Source: an uncultured Chlamydiales bacterium (lineage in GTDB: Bacteria; Chlamydiota; Chlamydiia; Chlamydiales; Rhabdochlamydiaceae). From it: DNA of 64,000 nucleotides. Below the pieces are notes generated by a model. That model was not told the DNA's origin. It saw only the letters and a program-made list of their open reading frames with translations, and searched no databases. The DNA is taken from positions 1,344,001-1,408,000 of the forward strand of contig OY969554.1 in NCBI GenBank assembly GCA_963700985.1, given 5' to 3'. Both the position numbers and the translations under genes were made by a program. Numbering within the stretch: the stretch's first letter is position 1; each line of letters begins with the position of its first letter. Below are positions 28,312-39,533 of the stretch, piece after piece.

Positions 28312-31300
28312 ATGACCATGGAAAAACAAAAGCGTTGGCAGCGCATTCTAATTGTCGCTGTTTTAATCCTCACAGTTTACAACATTCTCCCTACCCTTTT
28401 CTTCTATTCAAAATCGCTGCATAAGCCAATTGATGAGAAACGCGCGGGCCAAATCGCAAAATCAATTGCTCAGCGTGTAAATTCACTGGAAGAAGACTCT
28501 CTTGATTGGCTGCATTCTTATTGCCGCCAACTCGGCATTAAGCCCCAATCCTTAAACTTTGACGCTAAAACGCCTCAATTCATCTCTTTGACTTTCAAAA
28601 ACACTGATGAAGCACAAAAATTCCGCCGTTTCTTTCCTCGCGCCGGCACGCTTATTCCTTTTGTACCAGCACAGCTGTCACTCAATCAGTTTTCAGATAG
28701 TGATGAAGCGCGCAAAACAGTGCTTGTTCAGAGAAAAATCCCCGTGCATTTCGCATCGGATCAGCTCTCTTCTTTTTTTCAGTTCTCTACTAAAGTAGAT
28801 GCAGAAGGCAAAATAACTCCCCTTTATCATGCCCTCGTAAGCGATCGCGTATTAGAAATGGGTCTAGCGCTCGGCGGTCCCAGCCAAAATGCACAGTTTT
28901 TACAAGCGACTCTCGGCAACTCAAAAGATCCTCAAATCCAAGATCTCATCTTGCTGCTTTCTCAAGATATCCTCTCGTTTGTGAAAACTTTTGGCGAAGA
29001 CTCGACGATTGCTGCACGCTATTTTGCCAATTTCACACAAATCGAAGGCGAGAATGCTTCTCTAGCTGTTCAACGTTTTACTGCTGCTACCGAAAGCCTG
29101 AAAGACCAGATAAAGCTTGAGAAAATTGCGCTCCAAACCGAAAGAGATCAGAAAAAGGCTCAAGGTGCTTTTTTAGAAACCGCTAAACAACAGAGACTCG
29201 AACAACTCGCTTCTCGTGAAAAGACCCTTAGCTCTGCTATTGATGTTCTCAAAAGAAAAAGCTCGCTGTTTGCTGCAGGAAAAAAACCTTTAACTTACGC
29301 TACATTAGGAGCAGCTCTCGATGAGAGCGCCCGAAAGATCGATCCAGCAAGCAAAGTTCAAACCATATCTTTAGAAGGTCGCAACCCATTTATCGAGAAA
29401 CTCTCGATCGATTGGTCAAATGAGAAAATTACTTTATTTCTCTTTCCTGATCTTCTCAGCTTTAAAAACGATTTAGGAAAAAAAGGCGATAAAAGAGCGG
29501 AAGGTGCAGAACAGTTTATCTATAACGAAATCGCTCTAATTTCGCGCCAAACTTCTGAAGAAATCGCCCCCCTTCAAGATCAGTTCGAAGTTACGCTTAA
29601 CCAGCTTACTAATAGCAACAGCTTTTTAGCTTTACGCTTGGCTAGCATTGCACAAGCCGAAGCTTCACAGCTCAAACAACTTCTACAAAGCGGCTGGATT
29701 CCTAACCACCCAGACTTAAAACGCGATGTGTTTCCAATTTGGGATTATGAAACCTATCTCACTCTCCCAGCTGATCAGAAAAAGCTCGGTTTAGTTGTCT
29801 ATTCTCCAGCTCAATATAATAAGATGGCGCCTAAAGGCTTTAGGATGAATTCTGTCTATATCCTGGCAAAAGGTATAGATAAGATTCTGCAGAAAGCCCA
29901 AGCCGCTCCTGATTCTGAAGAAGCTCGTCAATTCCTCTCAGATTTTAAAGCTTTACGTGAAGTCCTCCAGAGCAATGGCTTTTTTGGTTATAACGGCTCC
30001 TCTCAGCTCATGGGCGTAGAATTTGCTCAAGACTTCATCTTTGAAAAAGAAAACTATTATCAAACCCTGCTCAAAGCCACACGTGAAGACTTCACTGTGC
30101 ATGGCACAAAGCGTTTTGCCGCTCTCGAGTTTACTGACGTTGAACAACGCATCTTAACCGAAAATAAGATCGATACGCGCATTCACGAAGATCTACAGAA
30201 GTGGAAAGATGACTACAATGCAGCCCAATTAGGCATTAAAGGCATCTCTCCGCTCGATGTTCCAAAGCCAACAAAGAACGTCTTTTTCGATAACTTCCGC
30301 TTGAGTTTGATTAAATACTTTCGTGGAGACGATCGAAAAATTCTGCATTGGGGCCTCGATCTCTCCGGTGGAAAGACTGTTCAAATTGAACTTCGCGATG
30401 CCAGCGGCCGCGTGGTGACTAATGAAGTCGACATCAAACAAGGCATTAACGAGTTATATAAACGCGTTAATAAGATGGGCGTTTCAGAGGTCAGCATTCG
30501 TCAAGAAGGCAACTCGATTACCCTCGACTTCCCTGGCTCGCAAGGCCTCTCAGCCCAAGAGCTGGTGAAAGCCTCTTCTATGTATTTTCATGTAGTTAAC
30601 GAGAAATTCTCATCTAACAGTTCTCCTTTAGTGGAAGAGACTGCAAGGTTCTTACAAGAAGTTTGGAATGAGGCAGTTGTTACAAATCGAAAAGATCCCG
30701 AAGAGATCAATCAGATCGCTTGGCAACATCTTCATGGGGATTCTCACGATCCTGAGATCGTGCAACCAAGAAGCGAAGCCGCGCGTACGCTCTACCAAAA
30801 TGGCCTGCGTCTAGCTCTTCCCCAAGACCCTGCAGCTGGCGACAATTTTAATGATACGATCTCTAAGATCGCCGTTTTAAGAGGAGAAGATTTCACTGAT
30901 TGGCAAGGGCAAACGAACCCCTTACTTATTGTTTTCCGTAACTATGCACTGGAAGGGTCTAACCTGGAAAATGTGCACGCCTCTTACGATCCATCAAAAG
31001 GCAACTTCTTAGGCTTTGGCGTAAAGGGGTCTCAAGCTGCTAAAGATGGCATTAAGTTCAATCCTCGCGACGACCTCTATGCCTGGACTTCACGTTTCTC
31101 GAAAGAGAAGATCGTAGGTACACCTCTCGAAACTTATTCGAAAGGAAGAGGCTGGCGCATGGCAGTGATCTTAAACGGATCGATTATCAGCTCTCCTACG
31201 CTCAACTCTGCTCTGCGTGACAGCGCCATGATCACCGGAAGTTTCACTCAACGCGAAGTCAATCAATTAGAAGCTGATTTAAAAGCTGGATCTCTTAGCT

Positions 31301-32892
31301 TTACTCCACGCATTCTTTCTGAAAAGAACGTAAGCCCAGAACTTGGAGCGCAGGAGCGCACATTGGGAATATGGGCTATGTTCATCGCACTACTTCTGGT
31401 CATGCTAGTCATGGTAAGCTATTACCGCTTCGCTGGGGTAGTCGCTTCGGTAGCTGTGATCTTTAACCTATTGATCATGTGGGCCACCCTTCAAAACCTT
31501 TCGGCCACGCTCACCTTGGCGACCATCTCTGGTCTGGTCTTAGCCCTTGCTATGGCGGTGGATGCGAACGTGCTCGTTTTTGAAAGGATTCGTGAAGAAT
31601 TTGCCGTAACTGGCCGCATCTCTCATGCTTTGCATGCCGGCTATCGCAAAGCTTTTTCTGCGATTCTCGATTCAAACGTAACGACCGTAATTGCGGTTCT
31701 TATTCTTCTGAATTTTGACTCGGGACCCATTAAAGGATTTGCTGTAACCCTGATTATCGGCATTTTTTCGTCGATGTTTACGGCGCTTTTCATGACCCGC
31801 TTTTTCTTTGCTGGCTGGGTACAAAATCCACAGCACAAGACTTTGAATATGGCCAATTGGATTAAAGCCACACGCTTCGACTTTTTGAAGTTTACCAAAC
31901 CCACGTTAATCGTCTCTTGTGTGATCATTGCGGTAGGAGCACTCCTATTTTCTTCTCAGCGCAATACGATCTTAGGGATGGACTTTACCGGTGGTTATGC
32001 GGTTGAAGTTGAGTTGCAAAAACAGCCCTCCGACGAATATCGTAAGCTGGTTGAAACGGCGCTTTTGAAAGCTGGGGCAAGCCATCAGGACTTCCAGGTG
32101 AGGGAACTTACTCCATCTAATAACATCCGTATCTTCTTAAGCCGTAGCATGGAACAATCCGGACGCCCTTTCTATGGCCTTCAAAACCAAGAAGTTAGCC
32201 GTGAGTTGCTCTACTCCTACGAGGCGAATCCCAAACTCGTTTGGATTGTTAATGCGCTGCAGCAATCGCATGTTCCTCTTTCCGAAAAATCCATGCAAGA
32301 TCTAGACAAGAGCTGGTCATCGGTCAGCGGACAGATGTCCGATGCAATGCGCACCTCGGCTTTAATCGGCCTAGGCCTTGCGCTTCTGTGCATCTTGATT
32401 TACATAACTATTCGCTTTGAGTTTAAATACGCCATTTCTGCCACAATTTGTTTGGCACATGACGTGATTTTCACAGTTGGTATGGTTGCGGTTCTGCATG
32501 CGTTAAAGGTTCCCGTTCAGATCGACTTGAATACGATTGCGGCCCTAATGACGATTGTGGGCTACTCTCTTAACGATACGATCATCATTTTTGATAGAAT
32601 TCGCGAAGATTTACGGCTCATGCGTAAATCCTCATTTAGCGAAATCATCAATCATGCACTGAATGCAACATTAAGCCGAACCATGATGACTTCAGGGATT
32701 ACACTCCTCGTGCTTGTGCCTCTTGTTGCACTGGGCGGAAGTACGATCTTTGGGTTTGCATTGGTTATGAGCATTGGAGTGATCTTCGGTACACTCTCTT
32801 CTCTCTTTATTGCCGCGCCTTTGCTGCAATATTTCCATTTAAAAGAGAGCAAGAAAAACCGAACTTTCATCCCGGATCAAACCGAGTCTTAA
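28312..32892 (+). CDS. secDF: Fused protein translocase SecDF with large N-terminal periplasmic region
   Basis: GLDLSGG, AVDANVLVFERIREE, GMDFTGG, GYSLNDTIIIFDRIRE. Confidence 0.97.
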   Translation: MTMEKQKRWQRILIVAVLILTVYNILPTLFFYSKSLHKPIDEKRAGQIAKSIAQRVNSLEEDSLDWLHSYCRQLGIKPQSLNFDAKTPQFISLTFKNTDEAQKFRRFFPRAGTLIPFVPAQLSLNQFSDSDEARKTVLVQRKIPVHFASDQLSSFFQFSTKVDAEGKITPLYHALVSDRVLEMGLALGGPSQNAQFLQATLGNSKDPQIQDLILLLSQDILSFVKTFGEDSTIAARYFANFTQIEGENASLAVQRFTAATESLKDQIKLEKIALQTERDQKKAQGAFLETAKQQRLEQLASREKTLSSAIDVLKRKSSLFAAGKKPLTYATLGAALDESARKIDPASKVQTISLEGRNPFIEKLSIDWSNEKITLFLFPDLLSFKNDLGKKGDKRAEGAEQFIYNEIALISRQTSEEIAPLQDQFEVTLNQLTNSNSFLALRLASIAQAEASQLKQLLQSGWIPNHPDLKRDVFPIWDYETYLTLPADQKKLGLVVYSPAQYNKMAPKGFRMNSVYILAKGIDKILQKAQAAPDSEEARQFLSDFKALREVLQSNGFFGYNGSSQLMGVEFAQDFIFEKENYYQTLLKATREDFTVHGTKRFAALEFTDVEQRILTENKIDTRIHEDLQKWKDDYNAAQLGIKGISPLDVPKPTKNVFFDNFRLSLIKYFRGDDRKILHWGLDLSGGKTVQIELRDASGRVVTNEVDIKQGINELYKRVNKMGVSEVSIRQEGNSITLDFPGSQGLSAQELVKASSMYFHVVNEKFSSNSSPLVEETARFLQEVWNEAVVTNRKDPEEINQIAWQHLHGDSHDPEIVQPRSEAARTLYQNGLRLALPQDPAAGDNFNDTISKIAVLRGEDFTDWQGQTNPLLIVFRNYALEGSNLENVHASYDPSKGNFLGFGVKGSQAAKDGIKFNPRDDLYAWTSRFSKEKIVGTPLETYSKGRGWRMAVILNGSIISSPTLNSALRDSAMITGSFTQREVNQLEADLKAGSLSFTPRILSEKNVSPELGAQERTLGIWAMFIALLLVMLVMVSYYRFAGVVASVAVIFNLLIMWATLQNLSATLTLATISGLVLALAMAVDANVLVFERIREEFAVTGRISHALHAGYRKAFSAILDSNVTTVIAVLILLNFDSGPIKGFAVTLIIGIFSSMFTALFMTRFFFAGWVQNPQHKTLNMANWIKATRFDFLKFTKPTLIVSCVIIAVGALLFSSQRNTILGMDFTGGYAVEVELQKQPSDEYRKLVETALLKAGASHQDFQVRELTPSNNIRIFLSRSMEQSGRPFYGLQNQEVSRELLYSYEANPKLVWIVNALQQSHVPLSEKSMQDLDKSWSSVSGQMSDAMRTSALIGLGLALLCILIYITIRFEFKYAISATICLAHDVIFTVGMVAVLHALKVPVQIDLNTIAALMTIVGYSLNDTIIIFDRIREDLRLMRKSSFSEIINHALNATLSRTMMTSGITLLVLVPLVALGGSTIFGFALVMSIGVIFGTLSSLFIAAPLLQYFHLKESKKNRTFIPDQTES

Positions 32893-32905
32893 AAAAGGAA
32901 GAATA

Positions 32906-32956
32906 AATTTCATCAGCGCCTCCATTCCCCCTAAGCGCTGATGAAATTCATCTTTA
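32906..32956 (+). terminator. Probable intrinsic terminator after secDF
   Basis: 14-bp stem aatttcatcagcgc ... gcgctgatgaaatt followed by catcttt. Confidence 0.55.
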
Positions 32957-33092
32957 ACTTTATCTGGCCACTCGTGTCCCTCCCGCCCATTAAAAAACAA
33001 ACTACAACCCCGTTCAAAAGCTAGCTGGGTTTTTAATTCCAAGGCTGCGTATAATGGGGCTCACTATCAAATATTTTTGAGATACCCAAAAA

Positions 33093-34892
33093 ATGGAAAC
33101 TTCTGATGCGCAAAAGGTTAATTCCCTTGCAGAGGAAGGCAGAAGGATAATTGATGCTGAAGGACGCAAACGTAATATTAATCCACTATGGGTCTACCCA
33201 GACTCCGATCCTGAATGGATTAAAACGATCATCAGCGAATTCAATATCCACCCTGTCACAGCACAGGTTTTAGCCTCCCGAGGATTCACTGATCTCGAAG
33301 AGATCCATGATTACCTCTATGCAAAGTTGCCCGATCTTTTCGATCCCAACCTTTTCCCCGATATGGGAAAAGCCGTTGAGAGAGTTTTGACAGCACTTAA
33401 AAACGGCGAACACATTTTAATCTACGGCGATAATGACGTAGATGGAATGACCGCATCTACTTTACTTACTGAATTTCTTCAGTTCATTGGTGCCAAGGTC
33501 TTTTATTACATTTCAAACCGCGTTTCTTTAAAGCAGAGCATGATGCTCGACGCGCTTGATTATGCGATTAAAAATAATTGTAAACTCCTTATCACTGCCG
33601 ATTGCGGCATTACGTCGGTGGATGAGATCGAAGAAGCTGTCAAAAGAGGCATCGATGTCATTATCACCGATCACCATGAACCAACAGCGCGTCTTCCTCA
33701 TTGTGTAGCAACGCTAAATCCCAAAGTAGAAGGAAGCACCTATCCCAACCGCGAGCTCACAGGGGTCGGAGTCGCCTTTAAACTTGCGCATGCTGTGACG
33801 AACCAGTTGATTACAAATGGAGAGATTGCCGAAACAAAGATCGATCTTAAGCGCTATTTAGACCTAGTGGCCATGGGAACGATAGCCGATATGGGATCAC
33901 TTCGTGGAGAAAACCGAATTCTCGTCCGTTATGGTTTAAAACAGACACGCAAAACTAAGCGAATCGGGCTTGCAAAGCTCTTTTCGATTTGCGAATTAAA
34001 AACGAGCGAGATTACACCCATTGATATCGCTTCAAAAGTTGCACCGCGCTTAAATAGTCTTGGCCGTATTGCCGATCCTAAAAAAGGCGTTGAACTTTTG
34101 CTTATTCGCGATAGCATTCTTGCGGAAGCGCTTGCTAAAGAACTTGATCTAAATAATCTCGAAAGACAAAAAATTGAAAGACGCGATGCGGAAGATATCG
34201 ATCAATTTCTTATCAAACATCCAGAAGTCTTTGATGAAAAAGCAATTGTACTTGCATCAGAAAAATGGCATCCAGGAATTATTCCTATAATTACTGCGCG
34301 CATCGCAAAAACCTATAATCGTCCAACCATTGTAATAGCAATTGAAGATGGAATTGGTAAAGGTTCAATGCGGACGATTCCCGAATTTCCGCTTCTCTCA
34401 TTCTTGAAAGAAAATGCAGATATATTGATTAATTTTGGTGGTCATGATTTTGCCGCAGGCCTTACCATCCATCAGGAAAACATCCCCGTCTTTAAACAAC
34501 GCTTCCTTAAAGCGGCCAATTATCAACTCAAAGATCAAGACGTCGCACCTAAATTGCACCTGGATGCAAAAATCGGCTTTGGCGACTTAACCTTCGATTT
34601 CCTCGAATCGCTTAATCTCTTAGAACCTTTCGGTAATGAGAATCCAGTTCCAATTCTCTACTGTGATGCCAAACAAATCTGGCTACCTAAGGTTGTTGGC
34701 AAGACACACCTTAAGTTATATCTAGAACAGAATGAGCGTTTCTTAGAGGGTATTGCATTTGGAATGGCCGAGAGAAGGCCAATGCTAGCTAAAAAAAACC
34801 TAACGCTTAGAATTGCATTTACACCACATGTAAATACCTTCCTGAACAAATCGAGCATCCAACTTCAAATCCGCGACTTTCAAGTCATTTAA
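33093..34892 (+). CDS. recJ: ssDNA-specific exonuclease RecJ
   Basis: YGDNDVDG, TADCG, ITDHH, GTIAD, PRLNSLGR, GGHDFAAG, EPFGNENP. Confidence 0.98.
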   Translation: METSDAQKVNSLAEEGRRIIDAEGRKRNINPLWVYPDSDPEWIKTIISEFNIHPVTAQVLASRGFTDLEEIHDYLYAKLPDLFDPNLFPDMGKAVERVLTALKNGEHILIYGDNDVDGMTASTLLTEFLQFIGAKVFYYISNRVSLKQSMMLDALDYAIKNNCKLLITADCGITSVDEIEEAVKRGIDVIITDHHEPTARLPHCVATLNPKVEGSTYPNRELTGVGVAFKLAHAVTNQLITNGEIAETKIDLKRYLDLVAMGTIADMGSLRGENRILVRYGLKQTRKTKRIGLAKLFSICELKTSEITPIDIASKVAPRLNSLGRIADPKKGVELLLIRDSILAEALAKELDLNNLERQKIERRDAEDIDQFLIKHPEVFDEKAIVLASEKWHPGIIPIITARIAKTYNRPTIVIAIEDGIGKGSMRTIPEFPLLSFLKENADILINFGGHDFAAGLTIHQENIPVFKQRFLKAANYQLKDQDVAPKLHLDAKIGFGDLTFDFLESLNLLEPFGNENPVPILYCDAKQIWLPKVVGKTHLKLYLEQNERFLEGIAFGMAERRPMLAKKNLTLRIAFTPHVNTFLNKSSIQLQIRDFQVI

Positions 34893-34900
34893 ACAATAAT

Positions 34901-34940
34901 AAAAAAGTCATCTGGCCAGGGCCAGATGACTTTACTTTTT
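34901..34940. terminator. Bidirectional terminator between recJ and euo
   Basis: aaaaaagtcatctggcc-ag-ggccagatgactttacttttt. Confidence 0.85.
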
Positions 34941-35000
34941 TGCGCGAAAAAGCTGAGACGTCGAAACAAAAAAGAAATAAAGAGAGATCAACGATCTCCC

Positions 35001-35459
35001 TTACATTCCTTCAGCGTTCTGACTTCTTTTGTTTAGATAGTTCTCTTGGTATTCTTTCACGTCATTTGCGTGAACAACCCAAGCAGCACCACGTCGAGTA
35101 GCTTTCAATAGACCAACGCGTGTCGCATAATAAATCTTCTGCGCAGGCACGTTCATCATCTTTGCAACCTGGTTTACTGAATAGAAACCTTTCAGGTTAT
35201 CAAATAAAAGCTCGCCGTTAAACATCGATTTCGTTCTTGAATACTTGAGTTTACGATAGTTCTCAAGATCATCTAAACTAATCGTCCATCGCGTTGTATC
35301 TTTAGATGCTTTAAGCTTCTTTTGCTTAATCGCAACATAAATAGCTTGCCGAGTAACATTGTTAATCCGCGCAGCTTCCGTGATGGATACTACTTTTCTT
35401 GAGGGTGAAGAATCCTCAATAATGACACCGTCTGTTAATTGTGATGTGTCGTGTTCCAT
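35001..35459 (-). CDS. euo: Chlamydial developmental regulator EUO (two HTH_17-like domains)
   Basis: VSITEAA..NVTRQAIYVAIKQKKLKA and YSVNQVAKMM..QKIYYATR; adjacent to recJ as in Chlamydia. Confidence 0.95.
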   Translation of the reverse strand: MEHDTSQLTDGVIIEDSSPSRKVVSITEAARINNVTRQAIYVAIKQKKLKASKDTTRWTISLDDLENYRKLKYSRTKSMFNGELLFDNLKGFYSVNQVAKMMNVPAQKIYYATRVGLLKATRRGAAWVVHANDVKEYQENYLNKRSQNAEGM

Positions 35460-35751
35460 GTTTTTTTCCTCCTAATTGTAACTCATTTCAATGAGGCACT
35501 GTTAATATTCTCAACAGCTGGCCTCTCAATTTTACGTTTTTTTCTAAGCCAAAATAGGTTTCTTTTTATTATTAGACTATCATCTATAATGGTGATGAAT
35601 AATTATGACATAAAATTGAATTGAGGGCAACCGTCATTTGATTTTTTTGACTAAATTTTTATTTGTCGTTCTTCATTCTGAAGCATTTCTCTTGGCCATA
35701 AACATTTAAATTGCTGTATGCTACGAAATTACCCCATAGAGTGAGGTCCAC

Positions 35752-37734
35752 ATGCGTTTTCGCCTTGTATTTCTCGGTCTTTTTATTCTTTCGACCTATC
35801 TCCTTGAGGCTAAACCCCCTGCGCTCTCTTCTCGCGACACTAAAATAAAAATCGAAGAAATTCTAAAAGCTCACGTTTGTCATCAAGCGATTACACGTGA
35901 ATTAATCAAACGTTCTATAGAAAATTATCTTGAAGAAGTCGATCCTGCTAAAACCTATTTTATTGAATCTGAGATAGTTACGTGGATTAATCCTTCTGAA
36001 GAACTCTTAACTAAGACCTTAGAAGCTTATAAAAAGGAGGACTTTAGCGTTTTTGAGGCTATTCACGAGGTTTTCATTAAAGCTATTGACCGTCGCAACA
36101 CTTTGGAAGCAAGAGTGCTTTCTAGCCCCCTTCCTAAGGGCGTACAGCCGAAAGAATTTAAAGATCTAGAATGGGCTAAGGATGAAGATGAGCTTTTTAC
36201 ACGCCTCTCTCGCATAAGATCCTTACAAATAGAGACTTCAGAAAAACTTAACCAAGAGAGCAAAGACAAATTTCTTGAACGCTTAACTAAAAGACGCATC
36301 AATCGCGAAAGCGAATTGGCCGGCCAAAATGCTAGCGAAAAGAAGCAAATCACTCTTTCTTATGTACTTAAGTCTGTAACATCCGCTCTTGATTCTCAGA
36401 CTTCATACTTTACTCCAGCTGAAGCGAATCAATTCATGATTCAAGTTCAACAGAGGCTCTTTGGAATTGGAGCCCAACTACGCGATGATTTAAGCGGCTT
36501 TACAATCATGCGCCTGCTTGAAGAAGGGCCTGCTAGCCGGGGCAAAAAACTCAAGGTAAACGACCGCATTATCGCTGTTAATGGCGAGCCTGTTGTAGGA
36601 ATGGAGATCACTGAAGCAGTAGAGCTTATTCGCGGTCAACAAGGCACGGCGGTCATGCTTACGATCCTGAGATCTAGTGGTGAAGGCGAAAGTAAAGCTG
36701 AAGAAAAATTAGATATTGAAATTGTACGTGGCGAGGTAGTTCTAAAAGAGACGCGTCTTGAGACCACATATGAGCCTTATGGCGATGGCGTGATTGGAAT
36801 TCTTCATCTCTTCTCATTTTATCAAGATTCTAATAGTTCTTCTACCGCTGATCTTTTTAAAGCTATTGAAGACCTTAAAAAAGAACATAATCTGAAGGGT
36901 ATTGTTCTCGATCTGCGCAGTAATGCTGGTGGATTGCTTCCTCAAGCTGTTTCAGTTACAGGCTTGTTCATCACTAAAGGCGTAGTTGTTTCTGTTAAGG
37001 ATAATAGTGGTACCGTACAACGTTTGCGCAATATTGAAGGTAAACCAGCATGGGACGGCCCTCTTATTGTGCTCACAAACCGCGCAAGCGCATCCGCAGC
37101 GGAAATTGTCGCTCAAACACTACAAGATTATGGCCGAGCACTTGTTGTTGGTGATAAAGAAAGCTATGGTAAAGGCACTTTTCAAACGTTCACTTTAGAA
37201 TCTGCGCATTACGGAAAAGTAAATCCTAAAGGTGAATATAAAGTCACACGCGGCAGGTATTATACAGTATCCGGAAAAAGCCCACAGTTGACTGGTGTAT
37301 CTGCGGATATTGTTGTGCCAGGAATTTTCTCAGATATGGAAATCGGTGAAAAATATGCTAAATTTCCTGTCGAAAACGATCAGATTGAGCCTAGCTTTGA
37401 AGATGATCTTTCAGATATTCCTTTTGGGCATCGCGACCAGATCGCCAAACTCTATCGCTTTAATCTGCAACCAATCCTCAAAACCTATCAGCCCTATCTT
37501 ACTTTTTTGAATAAAAATTCCCAGGAGCGTATCGAAAAAAACAAAAACTATCAGAGTTTTTTGAAAGAGGTCGCCAAGAAGGAAGAATTCTCAGAGGATG
37601 CGCTGCCCTTTGGTCAAGTCGATCTCCAGCTCGAAGAATCGATCAATATCATTAAAGATTTGATTTTCTTAATGCAGCAGGATAAATCGCTTGCGCTAGC
37701 CTCGCCGCTTGCCCCTCGCTCCTCAAGCAACTAA
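35752..37734 (+). CDS. tsp: Tail-specific (S41) periplasmic protease with PDZ domain
   Basis: Signal peptide, GIGAQL PDZ, LDLRSNAGG, SASAAEIV, YGKGTFQ. Confidence 0.95.
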   Translation: MRFRLVFLGLFILSTYLLEAKPPALSSRDTKIKIEEILKAHVCHQAITRELIKRSIENYLEEVDPAKTYFIESEIVTWINPSEELLTKTLEAYKKEDFSVFEAIHEVFIKAIDRRNTLEARVLSSPLPKGVQPKEFKDLEWAKDEDELFTRLSRIRSLQIETSEKLNQESKDKFLERLTKRRINRESELAGQNASEKKQITLSYVLKSVTSALDSQTSYFTPAEANQFMIQVQQRLFGIGAQLRDDLSGFTIMRLLEEGPASRGKKLKVNDRIIAVNGEPVVGMEITEAVELIRGQQGTAVMLTILRSSGEGESKAEEKLDIEIVRGEVVLKETRLETTYEPYGDGVIGILHLFSFYQDSNSSSTADLFKAIEDLKKEHNLKGIVLDLRSNAGGLLPQAVSVTGLFITKGVVVSVKDNSGTVQRLRNIEGKPAWDGPLIVLTNRASASAAEIVAQTLQDYGRALVVGDKESYGKGTFQTFTLESAHYGKVNPKGEYKVTRGRYYTVSGKSPQLTGVSADIVVPGIFSDMEIGEKYAKFPVENDQIEPSFEDDLSDIPFGHRDQIAKLYRFNLQPILKTYQPYLTFLNKNSQERIEKNKNYQSFLKEVAKKEEFSEDALPFGQVDLQLEESINIIKDLIFLMQQDKSLALASPLAPRSSSN

Positions 37735-37820
37735 ACATTTTTATATAAAAATGCTGCGCTTGCTTTCTTTGCCAAAAAAGCTAAGAATAGTAGCACCTTT
37801 ATTCACACTTTAAGAAAAAA

Positions 37821-39323
37821 ATGACAGTACGCGTACGCATTGCTCCATCACCAACTGGCGACCCTCATGTAGGCACAGCCTATATGGCTCTCTTCAATCT
37901 CATTTTCGCGCGTCATTATAATGGCAAATTCATCTTGCGCATTGAGGATACTGATCGCACTCGCTCGCGTCCTGAATACGAAAAGAGTATTTTCGATGCA
38001 CTGAACTGGGCGGGCCTTCAATGGGATGAAGGGCCAGATGTAGGCGGACCTTTTGGCCCCTATCGCCAATCAGAAAGAACAGAGATCTATCGTCAGTATT
38101 GCCAAAAGCTGCTGGATGATAATAAAGCCTACAAGTGCTTCGCTACGCCAGAAGAACTTGCTGAGATGCGCGAGATGAGCATTAAGCTCGGACAACGCGT
38201 CGGCTATGACCGCCGCTATCGCAACTGCAGCCCCGAAGAAGTAGCTCGTCGCGAAAAAGAGGGTCAACCTTTTGTTGTGCGCCTAAAAGTGCCTCTGACA
38301 GGCGAATGCGTATATGAAGACGGAATCAAAGGCCGCATCACCTGTCCATGGGCGGATATCGATGATCAGGTGCTTTTAAAATCGGATGGCTTCCCCACTT
38401 ACCATTTAGCTAACGTCGTCGATGATCATTTGATGCAGATCAGCCACGTCATCCGCGGAGATGAGTGGATGAGCTCTACGCCTAAGCATATCTTACTTTA
38501 TGAATCATTTGGATGGACGCCACCAGTCTTTATGCATATGCCTCTTCTGCTCGGAAAAGATGGCAAAAAGCTTTCTAAGCGCCGCAATCCAACTTCAATT
38601 TTCTACTATCGCGATAGTGGCTATCTTCCTGAAGCCTTTGTTAACTTTTTGACTCTGATGGGCTACAGCATGAAGGATGACAAAGAGATCTATGGTCTAG
38701 ATGAGATCATTCGCGAGTTCGATCCAAAAAGAATTGGGGTTTCAGGTGCTTTCTTCGATATGCAAAAACTCGAGTGGTTGAATCAGCAGTACCTTATCAA
38801 CCATATCCCTGAAAATCAACTTTGGGAAAAGATCAAAGCGTGGAGCTTTAACGACGCTTTTATGCAAAAGCTCATGCCACTGGTGCATACACGCATCAAG
38901 ACATTTGGCGAATTTATGGAGCTGTGTGAATTTCTATTCATCAACCACGTTCCTTATACTGATGAACTCCTCTGCCCTGGGCAGCTTGCCAAAGATAAAG
39001 CCGCGCTTGTTTTGCAAGCCGTGATCATGAGTTTAGATGAACAGGAAGATTGGGGAAAAACAGGCATTGAAAAGGCTTCTCACGAGGTAGCAGATGTCTT
39101 CGGCGCCAACTACAAAAAAGTCATGATTCCCATTTTATATGGCACCATCATGGGCAAACGCTTTGGGCCACCTCTATTTGATTCCGTGGGAATCTTAGGA
39201 AAAGATCGCACCCGCGCACGCCTACTTCAAGCGATTGAATTTCTCGGGGGGATCTCGAATAAGAAAATGGATCTTTTAACAAAAGGATGGACGAAACGAG
39301 ATTGCAAAGAACTACTTCAGTAA
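37821..39323 (+). CDS. gltX: Glutamate--tRNA ligase
   Basis: [25 protein letters not shown]. Confidence 0.99.
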   Translation: MTVRVRIAPSPTGDPHVGTAYMALFNLIFARHYNGKFILRIEDTDRTRSRPEYEKSIFDALNWAGLQWDEGPDVGGPFGPYRQSERTEIYRQYCQKLLDDNKAYKCFATPEELAEMREMSIKLGQRVGYDRRYRNCSPEEVARREKEGQPFVVRLKVPLTGECVYEDGIKGRITCPWADIDDQVLLKSDGFPTYHLANVVDDHLMQISHVIRGDEWMSSTPKHILLYESFGWTPPVFMHMPLLLGKDGKKLSKRRNPTSIFYYRDSGYLPEAFVNFLTLMGYSMKDDKEIYGLDEIIREFDPKRIGVSGAFFDMQKLEWLNQQYLINHIPENQLWEKIKAWSFNDAFMQKLMPLVHTRIKTFGEFMELCEFLFINHVPYTDELLCPGQLAKDKAALVLQAVIMSLDEQEDWGKTGIEKASHEVADVFGANYKKVMIPILYGTIMGKRFGPPLFDSVGILGKDRTRARLLQAIEFLGGISNKKMDLLTKGWTKRDCKELLQ

Positions 39324-39328
39324 CTTTT

Positions 39329-39502
39329 TTAATAAAGAACGCTATTTCTCCTGCGCTCCTCCTCCTGCTCGCTGTCCCGCTGCTGCTGCTCTTCTTCTTG
39401 CGAACTGTCCGAAATGATGTATACAGGCTGATTATATCCCGTGCTAAGGCATCCGCTAAGGAAGCTAGAGGCAAAAAGAATAAGAATTGTAATTCGTTGC
39501 AT
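39329..39502 (-). CDS. Small probable lipoprotein with Q/E-rich tail
   Basis: MQRITILILFASSFLSGC lipobox; fits the gltX-cysJ gap without overlap. Confidence 0.6.
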   Translation of the reverse strand: MQRITILILFASSFLSGCLSTGYNQPVYIISDSSQEEEQQQRDSEQEEERRRNSVLY

Positions 39503-39533
39503 AACTATTAACATTTATATTTTTTAACGACTT

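Noticed and set aside
28312-32892. Unusually long (1526 aa) SecDF
   Set aside because: A large fused SecDF is normal for Chlamydiae.
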